A DNA stretch of 64,000 nt from Takakia lepidozioides (lineage: Eukaryota; Plantae; Bryophyta). The notes under the pieces were generated by a model that saw nothing but the letters and a program-made list of their open reading frames with translations, was not told the DNA's origin and searched no databases. Below, piece after piece: positions 58,170 through 64,000 of the stretch; position 1 is the first letter of the stretch; every line of letters begins with the position of its first letter. The position numbers were made by a program, and so were the translations under genes. Where the stretch lies: the NCBI GenBank assembly GCA_030704615.1, contig CM060733.1:34472001-34536000 (forward strand), in the 5' to 3' direction.

Positions 58170-61100
58170 GGGTGAACCAATCGTTCCCCTGCCAAATGAT
58201 TTTAGATTGATTTGAAACGTTGGGAGTGTGTTGTACATGCCCTCTTTAAGTTACCGGACAAGTATGACGTCAATCTAAAATGGTTCTAAGGGTGAACCAA
58301 TAGTTCCCTTATTAAATGATTCATGATTGAAAATTGATTGAAAGGTTTAACGAGTCGTTCGGGGGGCAAATGATTAATTTCGCTTGCAACTTTGTGTACG
58401 TGATTTGTACATACTTAAGCACATATGGACCAAAGTTGAACTTCAACAAAGTTGTTTGAATCGGTTATTCAAATTCATAAGGAGAAACAACCTTTCGCCT
58501 GCACATGAATTGTTTTTAATTCCATTCTGAAGCCATATGCTTGATAACAACATGAAGAGTTGCATGCAAAATATCACCATGAACAGACATCGTCTGCATC
58601 CAAAACACATTTTATTCCCTCATTTGCACTCCAAGGTGAAGTTATCTTCAACTTCATGCACTCTTCATAGAGAGTTCTGCAATAGTGAGCATAGAGCAAA
58701 GGATGAACGTTTTTTTTCCAAACATTTTTCTTTGGTACATTTTTTGGCAAGGATGTGGTGGTGTGAGGGTTCAACTTACAGAACAAAATCAAGCCAAGAA
58801 CAAAATCATTGCGCCCCACACTCATTGCGCCCCACAATCCTATTCCCTCTAAATCATTTTATTTAGTAAAAATGCAATTCAATTCAAAATTGGATGAAAG
58901 GGTGAACGGAAACTTCCCCGATGAAATGATATTTTATTGCTCCGAAATTTTGCAAGTGTCTTCTACATGCCCTCTTACACGTCTTTGAGAAATATGACAT
59001 CAATCTAAAATGGTTTAAAGGGTGAACCAATCGTCCCCCTACCAAATGATTTTAAATTGATTTGAAACTTTGCAAGTGTCTTGTACATGCTCTCTTACAG
59101 GTCTTTCACAAGTTTCAAATCAATCTAAAATGGTTAGAAGGATGAATCAATCATGAACATCAAATGATTTTGGAGTGCTTTAAAGCTTTGCAAGTGTCTT
59201 TCACATGCCATTTTAAAGGTACCGGACAGTATGAGGTTAGTAAAATATGGTTGAAAAGGTGAACCAATTGTTCCCCTATCAAATGATTTTACATTGCTTT
59301 GAAGCTTTGCAAGTGTCAGCCACATGCCCTCCTACAAGTACCGGACAAGTATGACGTGAATAAAAAATGGTTGAAAGGGTGAACCAATCATTCCGCTATC
59401 AAATGATTTTATATTGCTTTGGATGTCATTGCTTTGGTAATTCTAGCCCCCCAATGGCCCATTGTAACCCTTGAATTACAATTCAAAATGCAATTCAAGC
59501 CCTTAAAATTGGTACTGCTAGTCCCTAAAATGACCAACCCCGGCCGCCCCTCAAATTGTAATTTGAGCCCTTGAAATTGTCAATTCCAACCCCTCAAATT
59601 GCAATTGAAGCCCCTGAAATTTAATTCCAACCCCTCAAATTGCACTTCTAGCCCCTAAAATGACAATTCCCGCCCCTCAAATTGCAACTGTAGCCTGTGA
59701 AATGGCAATTGCTAGTGCAGCCCCTGAAATTGGCAATTAAAGCTCCAAGAATGGCAGTTTCAGCCCCTCAAATTGGCAATTCGAGCCCCATAAATGGCAA
59801 TTTCAGCCCCTGAAATTGGCTATGGGTGAACCAATCATTCCCCTGCCAAATGATTTTGGATTCATTTGAACCTTTACGAGTGTCTTGTACATGCCCTCTT
59901 AAAGTTACTGGACAAGTATGATGTCAATGTTAAATGGTTCAAAGGGTGAACCAACAGTTCCCCTGCATTCATGATTAATCGTTAACGATTGATCTCATAT
60001 TACACTAGGACCTATCAGAGGGTACATTGAACACACTGGCCAAGCCTCAAAGCGAACGAAAATCATTTGGATGGGCAACCGTCCGTCGGCCCATTGAACA
60101 AATTCGATTGATCTCATATTACTCTGGGGCCTCTTCCATGGCACATTGAACATACTGGCCAAGTCTCAAAGCGAACCAAAATCATCTCAACCATCTGTTG
60201 AGCCATTGAATGAATTTCGATTGATCTGATATTAGTCCGGGACCTGTGAGAGGGTGTCTCGAACGTACTGGCAAAGTTTGGAAGCAAACAAAAATGATTT
60301 GGATAGGCAACCATCCATTCACCCGTTGAATGTATTCTGCTGGATCTGCTATTGCTTTGGGACCTGTTGGACTGTGTTTCGCGTGCTCACGATTTTTTTT
60401 TTCATTCGGTTTTTGAATGGGGCGTGTAATGTAGCCATATGCAACGTGCGTACCAAATTTGGGAGCGAACATAATTCATTTGGACCCAAAACCACAGTTT
60501 CTTCCCTGTTTTGCACTCCAAACTTGATTTGTGTTCAACTTCATGCACTCTTCATAGAGAGTTCTGCAATAATGAACGAAGAGAACACTTTTTTTGGGGG
60601 CATTTTTGATTGGTCCAAATTTTGGCGGGGGAGAAGTGATGGGATGCTGGAAGCCGCAGAACAAAATTGAGCCAAAAACAAAATCGATATGTGTCAGAAA
60701 CCCCCAATGAAAGGTAGTGCAAACCTATTTATTGGCTTAAAATTAATTTAAATTCAATTACATTATGGAATGGCTTGGTGTCGATGGGGAGGCAAATGAT
60801 TTATTTGTCTGTTGTGTCTCCGCACATGTGTCGCACACATGTTCAAGCACATGTGGGCAAAAGAGGGGCTTCAACCACATCCGTTCAATGGGTGTAATAG
60901 CCGTGCACGCATTGCAGGATTTCTTTTTCGCAATGAACAAAAACCAAATGACAACTGAACGCCTCATTGGCCCATTGAACGAATTTCGATTGATCTCATA
61001 TTACACTGGGACCTATCAGAGGGTACATTGAATACACTGGCCAAGTCTCAAAGCGAATGATAATCATTTGGATGGGCAACCATCCGTTGGCCCATTGAAC

Positions 61101-61610
61101 GAATTTCGATTGATCTCATATTACTCTGGGGCCTCTTCCATGGTACATTGAAGATACTGGCCAAGTCTCAAAGCGAACCAAAATGATTTGGAGGCAAATG
61201 ATTTCATTTATTTGTGATTAATCGTTAATGGTGAAAAGGATAAACCAAAGGTTCATTGATTAAAAAAAAATTGAATGATTTGAAATTTTGCTAGTATATT
61301 CTACATGCCTCTTACATGGACCGGAGAAGTATGAGATCAATAAAAAATGGTTCACAGGAGGAACCAATGGTTACTTGATGTGCCGATTTCTGAATGCTTT
61401 CAAACTTTGCCATTGCATTGACGTGCCCTCTTAAAGGTACCGGACAAGTATGAGTTCGATTTAAAATATTGCAATGGGTGAACCAATGGTATGTTCATTC
61501 AGCAATTTTTGATTGTTTTGAAATTTTGCCAGTATATTGTACATGCCGTCAAACAAGTACCGAGCAAGTATGAGGTCATTCAAAAATGGTTAAAAGGATG
61601 AACCTCGTAT
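58170..61610. repeat. Complex array of a diverged ~120-bp unit in both orientations, with an embedded 21-22 bp minisatellite (59446-59820)
   Basis: GGGTGAACCAAT-type unit starts at 58170, 58290, 58900, 59020, 59140, 59257, 59377, 59824, 59944, 61238, 61357, 61476 and 61596; inverted relatives (GATTGATCTCATATT...) at ~59986, 60106, 60218, 60988 and 61107. Confidence 0.85.
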
Positions 61611-61701
61611 TTCCAAAAATTACGTAGACTATACAGTGGGTTGCACATTTAAGTTTTCGCAACCTGAGACCTTTGGCCTACTCCCTACGTTTCTAGCCTT
61701 T

Positions 61702-63904
61702 CTAGTCATCTTCATCTAGATTTATTACTTCGTTGTCGTCATCTTCAGATGTTGATGAAGATGCTCCGGGTGTAGAGGACGTGCCTCCACCAATACGGAG
61801 AGCTCGAGCCTGGGCTCGAGTGGTCAAAGAGGGACCAAGTGTTGTGTGGTCCACCCTTGCCATCATGCGTAGCGTTCTAGGCGAGTGCTGACTCTCTTCC
61901 ACATTTGCCAGAGCCGGGTGTGTCGCTCTTGCTACGGCGGCATGTAACTTTTCAATTAAATCCGATATGTTTGGAAGTGGCAAGAACACCCCTGGAATAG
62001 GGGCAACTTGGTCACGCCATGTGTTCTGCCAATACTTTTCCACACTCGTGATGACAGCCTTGAAATTGTCCAACACCTCCTCCTGCTGGGGGTCTCTGCG
62101 CAACTCTGGAAGAACTGGCCCATCATCCCGACGAGGCACCCAGTACGTCTCATTCATATCCTCCCAACGGATGCTAGCGGCCTCCAACTCCCTCAGAAAT
62201 AGGTCTCTCCCAATCGGTTCGCGATTGTATGGGTCGTTTTCCGCTGGCACCCACGGATCCTCAAGCAGTCGGAAGAATCTTTGTCTAGTACAGCTCCAAT
62301 GCCCTCCCAAGTTCCGGCAAAAAAGCTCCTTTGGACTGGGTCCCGTATGCCTCTAGCACGCACGGTTATTTCCCAGTTGGATGTCACCCAAAATGTCACC
62401 AGATCTTTAATCCTAGTTAACGTCTTCGCATCCAAGGCGTGCATCTTTCTTGGAGCATCCCATGTCATTGTCTCCCCCCAGTGTTGTCAATTTAAAAAAT
62501 CGTAAGGCGATACATCCAATGGCATGTTGTACCAGTTGTACTCGTTGGCTGGCTCGCATGGCTGCCGATATGAGACATGTGGGATGGAACAAATGGCCAC
62601 ATGAACCAAACATATAGCCTCCCTCAGGTCCATAAGGGTTTAGGCACATTGTGCACACCATACCATCTGTTACCCATGACGCTGGATTGCTCTAACGTCC
62701 GTTTATCCTCATTAATGTAGGAAGACATCCTCGGTCTGGTGTCCCACTCCTCCTCTACTTCCAAATCCCAGTTTATGCTGTTATTGGTATCGGAAATTGT
62801 ATGCACACAGTGCTCAAACATGACATGCACATCACCCCATGTGGTGAATCCAGTGTACTTCGACGTGAATACATCACGCATAGTGTCGTGCCTTTGCAAA
62901 TTAGCATAGATGCTATCTACGCTTTGATTCGACAAACGTGTTGCACGTTGGAGGGAGGACAACGTTTTTTCTATCCGTGTTTCCCGCGATGTTAGATGGC
63001 CCGCCCATGTCACCCAATTCCACCAATTCCCCTTCAACCATGGCCACGATCGGATTTGCATGACATTTGAGTACCGATATGCAACAGCCCTAGCTTGCTC
63101 GCGTTCCCCCATAAGCTGCTCTAATTCCTGTTTTTGGGCCGATGTAATTTGCACGGCTGAACATTCCCCAGTTTCCACTATAGGGTCCTTCCTTTTTCTT
63201 GCCCTCTCCGCCGCAAGTCTTTCTTCCTCAACCATCGTCGGGTCCAGTTCAGACGTTTGCACTTCATTCCCATGCCCGATTGAGTCAACCCCGTCGATGA
63301 CGCGGTCAATGTCCATTGGTGGCATATTCAAACGTGCCAATATGTCTTGTTCGTTGGTGATTGGCCTCGGATCCTGAAGCACACCATGTACGCTGTCGAG
63401 AATCCCCAACCCCATTCTTTCCAGCAACTTCGCTCTTTGCAAATGAACAATGTCCTGCAGGTCTTTGATGTGCTGTTCATGTGCGGCCAACTGTTCCTCC
63501 AACGGAGAGCGTACCTCGCCCCCCTCCACCTCAGACGTTGAAGGCCCGGCTGCGGAGACCTATTGCGGCATATAATCTGGAGGATGGTCTGCATTTCCTC
63601 TTTCTTCCACATCGTCGTTTCCATCCGCCTTTCCTCCTTCTACCACCTCGTCGTTTCCATCGAACCGTATGATGTTCTGCCCCTGACATATATACAAGTC
63701 TGGGATATCAGAGAACATGTATAGTCTAGTACGCTGTCTCGTAGGGGCAGTTTGCCAATGCACTGGTCGCAATAAAATCAACTCTGTGTACAACATGGCC
63801 GCAAATAAATACGGGACCTTGTTGTTGACGAGCGGTTGACCCCACAATGTTGTATGTACCTCCTCTGCCCTGTGGCGGAAATGCGGGTTGGCGCAGGAAT
63901 GCAA
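61702..63904 (-). pseudogene. Frameshifted TE-type accessory gene with coiled-coil region and RING-like finger
   Basis: Consecutive overlapping ORFs 63560-63904, 62624-63529, 62413-62661 (CTMC...GSCGHLFHPTC), 62193-62468 and 61702-62310. Confidence 0.55.
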
Positions 63905-64000
63905 ACTAGTTTGATTTTGTTTGGTTTATGGATCATGCCTATCTCTGGGCCACAAACGATTTATGTGACACCAGTCCACAAATTTCCTGCAGTCACCAAG

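Overview
Eukaryotic nuclear DNA from a land plant. Spliceosomal introns and a PPR-DYW remnant point to a plant, and a TEDC1-like centriole gene suggests a lineage with flagellated sperm (bryophyte, lycophyte, fern or cycad/ginkgo; inference). There are four host genes: a KORRIGAN-like GH9 endoglucanase (+), CLPTM1 (+), TEDC1-like (-) and an MSR-like GT106/O-fucosyltransferase (+). They sit among nested transposons: two Ty3/gypsy elements (one with a PHD finger after integrase), an L1-type LINE, SINEs, a Mutator MITE and a repeat-rich element carrying a RING gene. The standout is a ~10.2 kb insertion (about 22200-32417) that splits the LINE endonuclease. It encodes a spliced Mutator-type DDE transposase. 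Divergently, it encodes a multi-exon gene fusing a ParB/Srx-like domain (DGNHRLLA) to a prokaryote-style beta-class amino (N4C/N6A) DNA methyltransferase fold. The predicted first intron of that gene holds about 11 copies of a 40-bp palindrome at ~115-bp spacing, with a compensatory base change. This is a candidate transposon-borne ParB/palindrome-array/DNA-modification system. All protein assignments are from motif recognition by eye; no database search was run.
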